The notes beneath the pieces were generated by a model. It was not told the DNA's origin. It saw only the letters and a list, made by a program, of their open reading frames with translations, and searched no databases. Below are positions 1 to 8,949 of a DNA stretch of 64,000 bases, piece after piece. The DNA comes from Alphaproteobacteria bacterium (GTDB lineage: Bacteria; Pseudomonadota; Alphaproteobacteria; Rs-D84). The DNA is taken from assembly GCA_015062545.1 (NCBI GenBank), contig SUUL01000002.1, positions 114,995 to 178,994 on the forward strand. The letters run 5' to 3'. The translations under genes were made by a program, and so were the position numbers. Position 1 is the stretch's first letter. The number at the start of each line of letters is the position of its first letter.

Positions 1-150
1 CCATACTGCAACTTCTTTGCCCCAACAGGGATTTAGTTCGCATTTGCTGTATATCTGCAAAAAGACAGGTAAATAATATTTATAAATCGCTTGACAAAAT
101 AAATCTTTGTGCTATTTTTGTCTGGAATAAAGACAAAAAAGGGGGCAGTC

Positions 151-663
151 ATGCCAGAAAAACAAGTTAATTTAGAGTTGGTTTCTTCATACACTCTAGA
201 TGATGATTTTTATGAACAAACGGCAGTTGAAGTTAAAGAACATGATACAGTTCCGGCCAGAATGTTAAAACGTCGCGACTGGGGTATTTTTGTTGGTCGT
301 GAGTGGTATATGAACGAAGAACTGTTCCCACACTTTGAAGATCTAGCAAACGATAGAAGAGAGATAGTCGTTGAAGTTTATGTCTTGGACGACAAGGGTG
401 TCAGAAACGGCAAGGCCCAGTGTGTTGTTTGGACTACATTTGGTGGTGATGTCACCCCATACGTGAAATGGGATGCCATGTACAAGGATGGCAAATTACA
501 TGGTGCGTATAAATGCTATGATGTTAAACTGGTAAGCAAGATGGCCAGTAAGACGTTCTATGTAAATGATCGTCCTGTTTATGCCAAAACAGTTGCCGAA
601 TGGCGCGAGGTGCAATCTGCCATGAACGCAAAGGCGAAATCAAAAAAAATCAAAGGTAGATAA
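151..663 (+). CDS. hypothetical protein
   Basis: ORF with GGGGG RBS 5 nt upstream of ATG at 151; no recognisable motif. Confidence 0.5.
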   Translation: MPEKQVNLELVSSYTLDDDFYEQTAVEVKEHDTVPARMLKRRDWGIFVGREWYMNEELFPHFEDLANDRREIVVEVYVLDDKGVRNGKAQCVVWTTFGGDVTPYVKWDAMYKDGKLHGAYKCYDVKLVSKMASKTFYVNDRPVYAKTVAEWREVQSAMNAKAKSKKIKGR

Positions 664-664
664 A

Positions 665-1120
665 ATGCAAAAATATATCGCACAGGTAAAAGAATTTTTT
701 AGCTTGGTAAAAGAACAGATGGCAAAGAGCGCGGTCAATCCGCGGATTTCTGCTGAGTCTTTGGCTAACTTGCGTGTTGCACAGCATGCGGTTGCAGAAA
801 TGGAAAGCAAAATCGTTGCAAATCCATACGGGATTATTTGGATTGATTTGGCGAAAAATTTTGATTGCGCTAAAAACTGCACGATGACTTCACGTGAAAA
901 TCTGATTAAATTATTCTTGTGGGCAAATAAGAAATCGCCAGTTGCGCATGCTCGTGATGTCAAGACTGTTGATATTATGTTGCGAATGGGGGCGGCTTGT
1001 ATGTTTGGTACACAGGTGGATCCAAATACGATGAATACGATCGAACCTGTTAAAGTGTATGCAGAAACGCGTACCGCAGTTATGAAACATAAAACCGTAA
1101 GTATGGTTCATAAAAGATAA
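665..1120 (+). CDS. hypothetical protein
   Basis: 151-aa ORF immediately after previous gene; followed by intrinsic terminator. Confidence 0.5.
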   Translation: MQKYIAQVKEFFSLVKEQMAKSAVNPRISAESLANLRVAQHAVAEMESKIVANPYGIIWIDLAKNFDCAKNCTMTSRENLIKLFLWANKKSPVAHARDVKTVDIMLRMGAACMFGTQVDPNTMNTIEPVKVYAETRTAVMKHKTVSMVHKR

Positions 1121-1124
1121 CATT

Positions 1125-1149
1125 GCCCCCGATTGGGGGCTTTTTATTT
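1125..1149 (+). terminator. rho-independent terminator (GCCCCCgattGGGGGC + T-run)
   Basis: perfect GC hairpin followed by TTTTTATTT. Confidence 0.75.
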
Positions 1150-1203
1150 GGGAATATGGGATTTTTATGATAAAATTAGTGGGATAATCAAAGGAAAAAG
1201 CAG

Positions 1204-1794
1204 ATGGAAAAATTTTATGAAATATTTAGACGGGATCTGAAAACCAAACGTCTGGAATTGCGTGTTTTGCAACCGACCCCAGAAAATGCCCGGTTGGTTT
1301 GGGATGCCATCCAGAATGAAAATCCTGGTGATTTTAAGTATGTGAATTGGACACCCGACTATAAAAAACCGTTGCCGGAATCTTTGGATGAAACATTAAA
1401 GCAAATGCAGCAAGAGCAGGAACGTGATGTCAATCCAAATGGCGCGGTGTGGTACGTGTTTCATAACGGCAAATTGATTGGCCATCATGGAATATTTTAT
1501 TTTAGTAATAATAAATCTGTGCAGTCTGGTAATGTATGGTTTGTAAAGTCTGCCCAGGGCCAGGGTTTTAATCAAGAAATTTGGGCTTTGATAATGAAAA
1601 AGGCCTTTGATGAATTGGGCGCAAACAGAATTATGCGTCAATGTATGGGGGATAATGTACAATCGCAAAAGTCTATCAGTGGCAGTGGTTTCCATTTGGA
1701 TGGTCGTATTCGTGCATCAACTATGCTAAGTGATGGCACATTTATGGACCAGTTGGTCTTTACAAAACTAAAATCGGAATATAAGGGTAAGTAA
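1204..1794 (+). CDS. GNAT family N-acetyltransferase (RimJ/RimL-like)
   Basis: N-terminal 'LELRVLQPTPENARLVWDAI' pattern typical of RimL-type GNATs; length 196 aa. Confidence 0.6.
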   Translation: MEKFYEIFRRDLKTKRLELRVLQPTPENARLVWDAIQNENPGDFKYVNWTPDYKKPLPESLDETLKQMQQEQERDVNPNGAVWYVFHNGKLIGHHGIFYFSNNKSVQSGNVWFVKSAQGQGFNQEIWALIMKKAFDELGANRIMRQCMGDNVQSQKSISGSGFHLDGRIRASTMLSDGTFMDQLVFTKLKSEYKGK

Positions 1795-2321
1795 TGGTTT
1801 CGTTTCCGCGCATTATTGATATGGGTGATTTCCGGCTGGTAAAACTTGAGCCAACGGCACAAAATGCCGAACGGTTGTTGGCGGTTATAAACGCCAATCG
1901 TGAATTCCTGGGCGAATTCTTGGAATGGGTTGATGACTATAACACCACCGATAAAACGCTGGCAAATATTGAAAAATCATACGGCGATGATAAATGCGCT
2001 TACTTTATTATGGTGACAGATGATATTGTGGGCAAGATTGGCTTTGTGGATACAGACGACAATATGGGCGAAATCAGTTATTGGTTGGCGCATGGCTTTA
2101 ATGGTCGTGGCATAATGACACGCGCACTAAATAAACTGACCGAAATGGGGTTTGCTGACATGGGGCTGAAACGTATTCAGTTGACTATTGATGCCCAGAA
2201 TATTCGTTCTGCGGCGGTTGCACTGCGTTGTGGGTATGAGTGCGAGGGTATCTTGCGTAAATACTTTGTCTTGCGTGGTGTGCCACGTGATATGAAAATG
2301 TTTTCAAAGGTGGCAGTATGA
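1794..2321 (+). CDS. GNAT family N-acetyltransferase (RimL-like)
   Basis: start overlaps previous stop (coupled); 'FRLVKLEPTAQNAERLL...IGFVD...GRGIMTRAL' GNAT core. Confidence 0.6.
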   Translation: MVSFPRIIDMGDFRLVKLEPTAQNAERLLAVINANREFLGEFLEWVDDYNTTDKTLANIEKSYGDDKCAYFIMVTDDIVGKIGFVDTDDNMGEISYWLAHGFNGRGIMTRALNKLTEMGFADMGLKRIQLTIDAQNIRSAAVALRCGYECEGILRKYFVLRGVPRDMKMFSKVAV

Positions 2322-3091
2322 GAAAAGATACGGCAAAATCTTCGGCATTTGATATAAATCTTGGCCGGAAACATCGCGCCATCGGTGCGGAAATCAGTCG
2401 TATAAACGCCCGACAAAATGAATTATTAGAAAAATATGCTGGTAACTTGTCACCGGTGCAAAGTGAACTTACCGCAAATGCGCACAGATTGGCGGAATTA
2501 AAACAGGCGGCGCATGACTTGGTTCCATTTGATGCGGTGGCATTTGAAAAATATGCCGCAACACTGTTTCAAAATATGCAGGCGGTTATTGTTAATGATG
2601 CCGTTTTGTCGGCTGGTGCGATTAACTATGCCACGATGAATGATGCGGCACGTGCCGAATTTGGGGTGCGCTTGTATCAAAAAATGGCACAGAAATATGG
2701 TGCTGCTGATTATTCTGCAATGCAGTTTATTGTTGCCACCCATGACGGTATGGGCGGTGGATACGATTGGGATAAAACTATCAACGTTTCCACAACAGAA
2801 ATTACGGATTTTGCGGGATTTGTGTCTGTCTTTGTTCATGAATTTTCGCATTATGTGTATAATAAATTGCCACACAAATCGCCGATTAACGCCCAGTTGG
2901 TTGACATCGCAAAACAAAACTATGTCCCAGGGCCATCGCCAACAAAGGCGCACTTTGAAAAATATAAAAATCAGCCATTTGAAAAACCGTCTTATGCATT
3001 GATGGATTATTTTGCAAATCACGATTTTGTGGGCAAATTGGCCGTGGCAATCAGAATCAAACAGAACACACTGTCATGGGGTATGGAATAA
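2318..3091 (+). CDS. hypothetical protein with HExxH motif (putative Zn-metallopeptidase)
   Basis: 'VHEFSHYV' HExxH motif; translationally coupled to both flanking genes. Confidence 0.4.
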   Translation: MRKDTAKSSAFDINLGRKHRAIGAEISRINARQNELLEKYAGNLSPVQSELTANAHRLAELKQAAHDLVPFDAVAFEKYAATLFQNMQAVIVNDAVLSAGAINYATMNDAARAEFGVRLYQKMAQKYGAADYSAMQFIVATHDGMGGGYDWDKTINVSTTEITDFAGFVSVFVHEFSHYVYNKLPHKSPINAQLVDIAKQNYVPGPSPTKAHFEKYKNQPFEKPSYALMDYFANHDFVGKLAVAIRIKQNTLSWGME

Positions 3092-4551
3092 TGAAAAAGA
3101 CGCTTTATATCTTTCGTCATGGTGAAACGGATGCGAATGCCCAAAAACGTATGCAGGGGTGGTTGGATGTGCCATTGAATGCAAATGGTGTGGCTCAGGC
3201 ACAGGCGTTGGCGCAAAAACTGGCGGATGTACGGTTTGATTGTGTGTATTCATCGCCATTATCGCGTGCGGTGGATACTGCGCGTGCGGTGGTTGGCGAC
3301 CAACAGATTATAACAAACGGTGATTTGCGTGAATGGAATATGGGGGATTTTTGTGGGCATATTGTGCGATTGACAGATAACCCTGCAGACACACCGATTG
3401 ATATGTCGGGCGATATAATTTATGCGCCATACGCGTTGCTGTCTAATGATGACTATGTTCCACCAAATGGCGAAAGTTATAATATGTTTGTTGCACGTGT
3501 TCGTAATGCGTTGTTGGATATTGTGAAAAATTCAGACGGCAATACAATCGCCGTTGCGACCCATACTGGTGTGGCGAAAAATATAATCAAACAATTTACA
3601 GATGTAAAATGGCCACGTGGCGGTATGCTAAATGCAGAATATTTCAAACTGGAATACGATGGTGAAAAATTTACTCTGATTGATATGCCAGATTGGTTAT
3701 CACCAGTGTTGTTGGGGACAGATGGCAAGCCATTAACTATGTACCATGGCACATATTATGATTTTGATTATTTTCGTCCGCTTACACACTTTGGCAGGGA
3801 AATAAATGCCAGAACCAACCTGAACGAAGGTAAATGGAAACGTGACCCAAATATTGATATTACCAAACCTAAGATAATACCGGTAAATTTGCGGGCTGGT
3901 CGATGGGATGAAATCCCCGATTTGAATGACCACAGTGTTCAAAACTTTATGGGTGTGTTGTTCCGGTATATGTGTGGCGACAAAATATCGGATTTTGTGC
4001 GTGTGTTGAATATTCGTGATGATGCCGAATTTCACAAACAGATTGTATCAGCCCGACAAAAAGTATTGGATATGGAAATTGATGTCCCATGGGAATTTGA
4101 TTGGGTGTGCGAACCGATTTCGGGCAAAATGTCCGCCGATGCGGTGCGCCGTGAACTGGGGCTGGAAACACTGTTTGATATTCATACACCCGAAAATCTG
4201 TTTTTTCAGCGTATGATTTTATATTTTGAATCAGTCGGCCTGACCGGTTTCAAGTATCCAAATTTCACCGAAGGTCCCGGTGATATGTCGTATATAAACC
4301 TGCGCCAGAATAATATTGTGCGTTTGGATAAAGTATTGCCTCTGCACCCAATGCCCACCGCCGAACAGGTGGCGCAATTACATAAAATGCGTGCAGATTT
4401 TGCAACGGCGCACACTCCACGCAAATTCACGCGTGCTGAAAAAGAAATGCTGACGGCGGAATTGATTGGTTTTGCAGAATTTAGATTTGATGAAATGCGT
4501 TCGGTTGCACAAAAGTCCTGGGCAAAAAATAACAACCAAAATGACAGGTAA
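3091..4551 (+). CDS. histidine phosphatase (PGAM-like) fused to unknown ~290-aa C-terminal domain
   Basis: N-terminal 'LYIFRHGETDANAQKRMQGW...SSPLSRAVDTA' RHG catalytic motif; ATG overlaps upstream stop (taATG); the C-terminal half has no motif I recognise. Confidence 0.65.
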   Translation: MKKTLYIFRHGETDANAQKRMQGWLDVPLNANGVAQAQALAQKLADVRFDCVYSSPLSRAVDTARAVVGDQQIITNGDLREWNMGDFCGHIVRLTDNPADTPIDMSGDIIYAPYALLSNDDYVPPNGESYNMFVARVRNALLDIVKNSDGNTIAVATHTGVAKNIIKQFTDVKWPRGGMLNAEYFKLEYDGEKFTLIDMPDWLSPVLLGTDGKPLTMYHGTYYDFDYFRPLTHFGREINARTNLNEGKWKRDPNIDITKPKIIPVNLRAGRWDEIPDLNDHSVQNFMGVLFRYMCGDKISDFVRVLNIRDDAEFHKQIVSARQKVLDMEIDVPWEFDWVCEPISGKMSADAVRRELGLETLFDIHTPENLFFQRMILYFESVGLTGFKYPNFTEGPGDMSYINLRQNNIVRLDKVLPLHPMPTAEQVAQLHKMRADFATAHTPRKFTRAEKEMLTAELIGFAEFRFDEMRSVAQKSWAKNNNQNDR

Positions 4552-4558
4552 TATTACC

Positions 4559-4582
4559 CCGCCCGATTGGGCGGTTTTTTGT
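4559..4582 (+). terminator. rho-independent terminator (CCGCCCgattGGGCGG + T6)
   Basis: GC hairpin + TTTTTTGTT. Confidence 0.75.
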
Positions 4583-4614
4583 TGGGGTGCAAATACTTAA
4601 CACATTCTCAAAAA

Positions 4615-5160
4615 TTATGGTTTGTTCTTGAATTTAGCAAAACAGTTTATGTCGCGAAAACGATTTTCATACGGTGTCCATCGTTCCTGTTTTAATACCC
4701 CCTCTAATTCATATCCCAGATTCTTTGCGACATTTACAGAACCTATATTTCGTGTGTCATTATGAATTACTATCTTGTTGATTCCGGCTTTGAATAATTC
4801 CTGTTCTAACAGACTTACGGCTTCCATCATATATCCTTTGCCACGATATTCATTTGCCAGCCAGTACCCCAGCTCCGCTCTTTTATGTTTTGTGTCAAAA
4901 GTATGTGCTGCGCAATTTCCGATGATTTCATCGTTTAATATGATGGAATATTCGTATCCCTTGCCGGATTCCCATCTTTCATCAGATTGAATCAAGAAAT
5001 TCAATGCATCTTTTGGCGACTTTATATCGTTTATCCATAACAGCCAAGGCAACAAATATTCCTTGTTTCTAATTTCTACGTCATACAGCAGTTTTGCATT
5101 ATGCATGCATGGTTCCAGGTGTACCAATTTTATCCGTGGGCCTTTTATTGTTATTTTCAT
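4615..5160 (-). CDS. GNAT family N-acetyltransferase (RimJ/RimL-like)
   Basis: 'IKLVHLEP...AELGYWLANEYRGKGYMMEAV' GNAT motifs; third RimL-type GNAT in 5 kb. Confidence 0.6.
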   Translation of the reverse strand: MKITIKGPRIKLVHLEPCMHNAKLLYDVEIRNKEYLLPWLLWINDIKSPKDALNFLIQSDERWESGKGYEYSIILNDEIIGNCAAHTFDTKHKRAELGYWLANEYRGKGYMMEAVSLLEQELFKAGINKIVIHNDTRNIGSVNVAKNLGYELEGVLKQERWTPYENRFRDINCFAKFKNKP

Positions 5161-5397
5161 AAATTTCTCCCTTTTCCTTTATGCAAATCTGTTTATATCA
5201 AACTCAAAGACTGTTTCTGATACATTATCGCGACTTTCGTTGATGTATTCTTTTATCTTTTTACCGCCCAGTAATTCGTACAGCCGGCAAAAGACCGGCG
5301 GTATCCGGCTGCAATAATTTTTTGGATTGCGGCCGCATCATCTGGCACTGCATTTCTGATTTTTACATTCATATTTGTACCTTTTTGTCTGTCATAT

Positions 5398-5868
5398 CTA
5401 TGCCCTTACCTTTTTGATTTTTGTGCGTTTTGGGATTTTCTTTAATATTACTGGTAATGTATCACGGTCATAGTTCCATGTCCATTTTATTCCGCGCATT
5501 AGGCCACGCAGTGTTTCGCGGTATGTTGTTTGCTCAATGCCAAGTTTGCGGCGGATATACCGTTTAATCTGTCGCCAAATGCGTATTGTGCGTGATGGGG
5601 ACACAATGTGTATTTCGGTTGCGCGTTTCAAGATTGGATTTACCCAGTCGGAAAATGATGCGCCCTCGGATATCCAGTCTTTGCCCTGGGCAAATTCAGC
5701 CGCCATTTCTGTGCGGGCGGAGACACTGCGTTTGCGTGGAGACACACCTGAATTGTCATGAAAAATCTCGTCTAAATGGCACAGGGGTAAATTGCGTGCC
5801 GCCGCCAACCGCCGCGCGTATGTTGTTTTGCCAGCCCCCGGCGCACCAATGACATGAATTCGTGGCAT
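5398..5868 (-). CDS. P-loop NTPase, topology-modulation protein FlaR-like
   Basis: Walker A 'IGAPGAGKTT'; overall pattern (WISEG...IHIVS...YIRRKLGIE) resembles the FlaR/AAA_28 family as recalled. Confidence 0.55.
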   Translation of the reverse strand: MPRIHVIGAPGAGKTTYARRLAAARNLPLCHLDEIFHDNSGVSPRKRSVSARTEMAAEFAQGKDWISEGASFSDWVNPILKRATEIHIVSPSRTIRIWRQIKRYIRRKLGIEQTTYRETLRGLMRGIKWTWNYDRDTLPVILKKIPKRTKIKKVRA

Positions 5869-5883
5869 TATCTGTCCTTTGTG
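5800..5883. repeat. 84-bp direct repeat copy 1 (RBS + first 22 codons of FlaR-like gene)
   Basis: 82/84 identical to 6616..6699. Confidence 0.9.
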
Positions 5884-5986
5884 GTTCGTTCTGTATTATA
5901 GAATATATATGCTGGAAAATTAACAAATTTTTAGCAGTTTTGAACTCTGTATGATATAATACAGCTTATAAAAGGGTGTAAAAACT

Positions 5987-6574
5987 ATGGATTTTATATT
6001 TGTTATTGGTCCAAGTGCTGTCGGCAAGACAACGTTGGCAAAAGAATTATATCAGCACTACAAGGGGGTGTATATTGAACAAAATATGGTTCCAGAGTTT
6101 ATTATCCCTAAAAAAGTAAAAGACGTTGGTCTATATGAAGAAAAGTTGTGTTGGGAAAACACTTTGGCGCAAATAAAATTCTTTTATAACAAGGGGCTGC
6201 GGAATATTGTTGCCTTGGATTTTGATGATATAAGGGTCAGAGAATTGCCAAAGATTTTTCATGGGTATAAATTTATAATAATCAGACTTGTGTCCAGCGA
6301 CCCAAAACAGATAAAAAAACAAATGGAACACAGAAAAAATAATGAAGGCGGATTGTACCGTCCTGAATATGTAGAACGGGCAAATTCAGTAATAAAAAGT
6401 CGCAAGTTGTTGCCAAATGAAGTAATGGTTGATGTCGCAGGGAAAAGCAAAGATAACGTGTTGAAAGAAGTTATAAAGATAATTGATAATTTCAAGCCGT
6501 TAAAAAAGTATGCTTATAAATTGGACAATAAAAATCATTATTTATCGTGGGTTCAAAGCCGAAATTTAGTTTAA
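5987..6574 (+). CDS. P-loop NTPase/kinase-like hypothetical protein (AT-rich, probably foreign)
   Basis: Walker A 'IGPSAVGKTT'; markedly lower GC than neighbours; flanked by the 84-bp direct repeats. Confidence 0.5.
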   Translation: MDFIFVIGPSAVGKTTLAKELYQHYKGVYIEQNMVPEFIIPKKVKDVGLYEEKLCWENTLAQIKFFYNKGLRNIVALDFDDIRVRELPKIFHGYKFIIIRLVSSDPKQIKKQMEHRKNNEGGLYRPEYVERANSVIKSRKLLPNEVMVDVAGKSKDNVLKEVIKIIDNFKPLKKYAYKLDNKNHYLSWVQSRNLV

Positions 6575-6615
6575 TAATTCGTCTTTAATTTTAACAATTC
6601 CGTTCATGAATTATG

Positions 6616-6699
6616 CGCCGCCAACCGCCGCGCGTATGTTGTTTTGCCAGACCCCGGCGCACCAATGACATGAATTCGTGGCATTATCCGTCCTTTGTG
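6616..6699 (-). pseudogene. duplicated 5' fragment of FlaR-like gene (RBS+ATG+~22 codons, then stop)
   Basis: direct repeat of 5800..5883; reading frame terminates immediately after the repeat. Confidence 0.8.
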
Positions 6700-6920
6700 C
6701 AACGAAAATTAGTATAATTGAACAATATATCTTTTTCAAGAATATATGACAAACTCTGATAATAGTTGTAAAATCCGTTGGATTCTTGCACCAGTATGAA
6801 CAAGCCGTGAAGAGCCAAAATTACCGCAGATTTCTGCGGATTTTTTATTTCTTTCTTCTAAATAAAAACCGATTGTACTTTCTGTCAAGGGGTCATTCAG
6901 ACGAAAGTCTAACAAAATAC

Positions 6921-7361
6921 TTATCTGATATGCTGATGACCGTGATTTTGATTAGATGGGCGTGTTTCCATCCATGCACGAACAATATCTTCGCGGTTAT
7001 TGGCCCAAACCTGTCTAATAACTTTCATTATCTTTTTAATTGGGGTTGGAATGCCATTTTTTATTTCTGCTTTCATCGGGGTGCAATCCGATATTTTGAA
7101 ACGACATGTAGCATTTTGGTATGTTACCTTGAAATGCGGTTCTTCGGTTTCGTTTGGATATAATTCCAATTTGAAATCAATACGCGGTTTGTCTTTTATA
7201 ACCACAACCATACCCACACCATACGATGGGGCATAAATCTGCGAACCACGTGGACGTGCAAATTTATTTTCAACCAATAAATCATCAGCCGCTTCGGACA
7301 TGTTTTCTTGCAAACTGCAAATACGTTCCGCTGGCGACATCAAATCTTCTATACTTGCCAT
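6921..7361 (-). CDS. hypothetical protein (weak DUF4160-like 'EEPHFKV' motif)
   Basis: 146-aa ORF; resemblance to DUF4160 'PPHFHA' is tentative. Confidence 0.35.
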   Translation of the reverse strand: MASIEDLMSPAERICSLQENMSEAADDLLVENKFARPRGSQIYAPSYGVGMVVVIKDKPRIDFKLELYPNETEEPHFKVTYQNATCRFKISDCTPMKAEIKNGIPTPIKKIMKVIRQVWANNREDIVRAWMETRPSNQNHGHQHIR

Positions 7362-7463
7362 ACTTTAAGCCTTTTGTTTGTTGACAAACAGCATACATTA
7401 GTCAACCGACATTGTCAAGTTTTATACGTTACGATATACCTTTGGACAAGCATAACACTGAAT

Positions 7464-8252
7464 TTATGGTCGTATAATTTCCAACTCTATCCCGACAATA
7501 CCGTATTTGGATTCTTGGTCTTCGTCATAAAAGGCAGATATGGCATGCATCAATTTTTCAAGACTGGCAAAACCTGTACGTGGCATACTGATTTTTTTTG
7601 ACAAATCTGCAAAACTGGCGGCAATGTGCAACCGGACAATACGACATTGCATATATTCTGATGGATTTTGCGCATCGTAAAGCAATATAATATCATTATT
7701 GCGCATCTGGCGACGTTTTTCATCATACAGACGCAGTTCAATATCCTTGTCACCAGAACGCACCATTTCATAATATTTATTCTGAAGACTCATAGAAAAA
7801 CGACACTGCATATTTGGCAAGATGTGTTCCGAATAAAATTCGCGCATATCGTCAAATGGTGTGATTTGTGGGTTTAATAAATCGTTGTGGTCAACCCACA
7901 CAACAGATATTTCTTCGGCACGGTCTTCGCAAAAATTTAATTCCACATCATCGGGAACGTGAAGAATATAAAAATGATGCTCTTCGGCATACGCACCGCG
8001 TTTTTTCGCACGTTCGGGGGTCGGGTGACGAAATGCGTATGACACCGGAATTTCAACCACATTGTCCGCCAGTGCGGATGCGGATTCGCCCAATTCTTCG
8101 GTCAGTTCACGCCGCAAAGCAGACTTGAAATCTTCGCCATCGTCCAAACGACCGCCGATTGGGCCGTATCCGTTTTCGCCGTATTTCAGCAAGGCGACCT
8201 GCCCATCGCGCACCGGCAAAACATACGCAGAATAACTGATGTCTTTTATCAT
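7464..8252 (-). CDS. NUDIX hydrolase fused to ASCH (PUA-like) domain
   Basis: Nudix box 'GGRLDDGEDFKSALRRELTEELG'; the C-terminal 'DIELRLYDEKRRQMRNNDIILLY' resembles the ASCH beta-barrel N-terminus. Confidence 0.6.
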   Translation of the reverse strand: MIKDISYSAYVLPVRDGQVALLKYGENGYGPIGGRLDDGEDFKSALRRELTEELGESASALADNVVEIPVSYAFRHPTPERAKKRGAYAEEHHFYILHVPDDVELNFCEDRAEEISVVWVDHNDLLNPQITPFDDMREFYSEHILPNMQCRFSMSLQNKYYEMVRSGDKDIELRLYDEKRRQMRNNDIILLYDAQNPSEYMQCRIVRLHIAASFADLSKKISMPRTGFASLEKLMHAISAFYDEDQESKYGIVGIELEIIRP

Positions 8253-8722
8253 TTTTGTTCCTTTGATGCACTGCGATACGATTTACATTCGGAATATATT
8301 TCGCCACGCGCCAATCCCGCCAATGATATACGGGTTGTTGAAACAACGTTTTTCAGTTTGGCGACTTCGTCCAATGTGAAATACTGCATATCTGCACACT
8401 TGTCCCCTTCGCAGTTGCGAATTGTGCCAGTGTATTTTGATACCTCGAAAAAGAAATCAAAAGATTCTGTGCGACTGGCCAGATTGCTGATGACGTGTAC
8501 GCATTTGATGTCATCTGGTGCAATATCAATATCCAGTTCTTCTTTGGCTTCACGTATGGCGGCATCACGTGCGGTTTCGCCCTGCTCTATGTGTCCCGCA
8601 GGCAACACCCACCAACCACCATCATAATTAAAGAAACCATCATTGCGGAAGAACAGCAAGACCCGGTCGTCTTGCTTGATAATCAGGTTAATTACGCCCT
8701 TGAACATTGCGCGTTCTGACAT
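8249..8722 (-). CDS. NUDIX hydrolase
   Basis: Nudix box 'GHIEQGETARDAAIREAKEELDI'; overlaps upstream gene by 4 nt. Confidence 0.7.
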   Translation of the reverse strand: MSERAMFKGVINLIIKQDDRVLLFFRNDGFFNYDGGWWVLPAGHIEQGETARDAAIREAKEELDIDIAPDDIKCVHVISNLASRTESFDFFFEVSKYTGTIRNCEGDKCADMQYFTLDEVAKLKNVVSTTRISLAGLARGEIYSECKSYRSASKEQK

Positions 8723-8949
8723 TTTATCCTGCCTTTTTTTTACATTCTAAACCAAACATTTCACAATTTCAATTCCTTGACGATAAAAAAACTATTTCAG
8801 GGCAGAAAAATCACGTATTTGCAACCGGATATTTTTTGACAATGTGTATTTTACATTCTATACTGATGCTGTGCGATATTTTACGCAATCATGTTTCTGT
8901 AATCCGGAAAAAACTGCTTTGTGTTTGAAATGTAACAAAGGGGGCGAAT

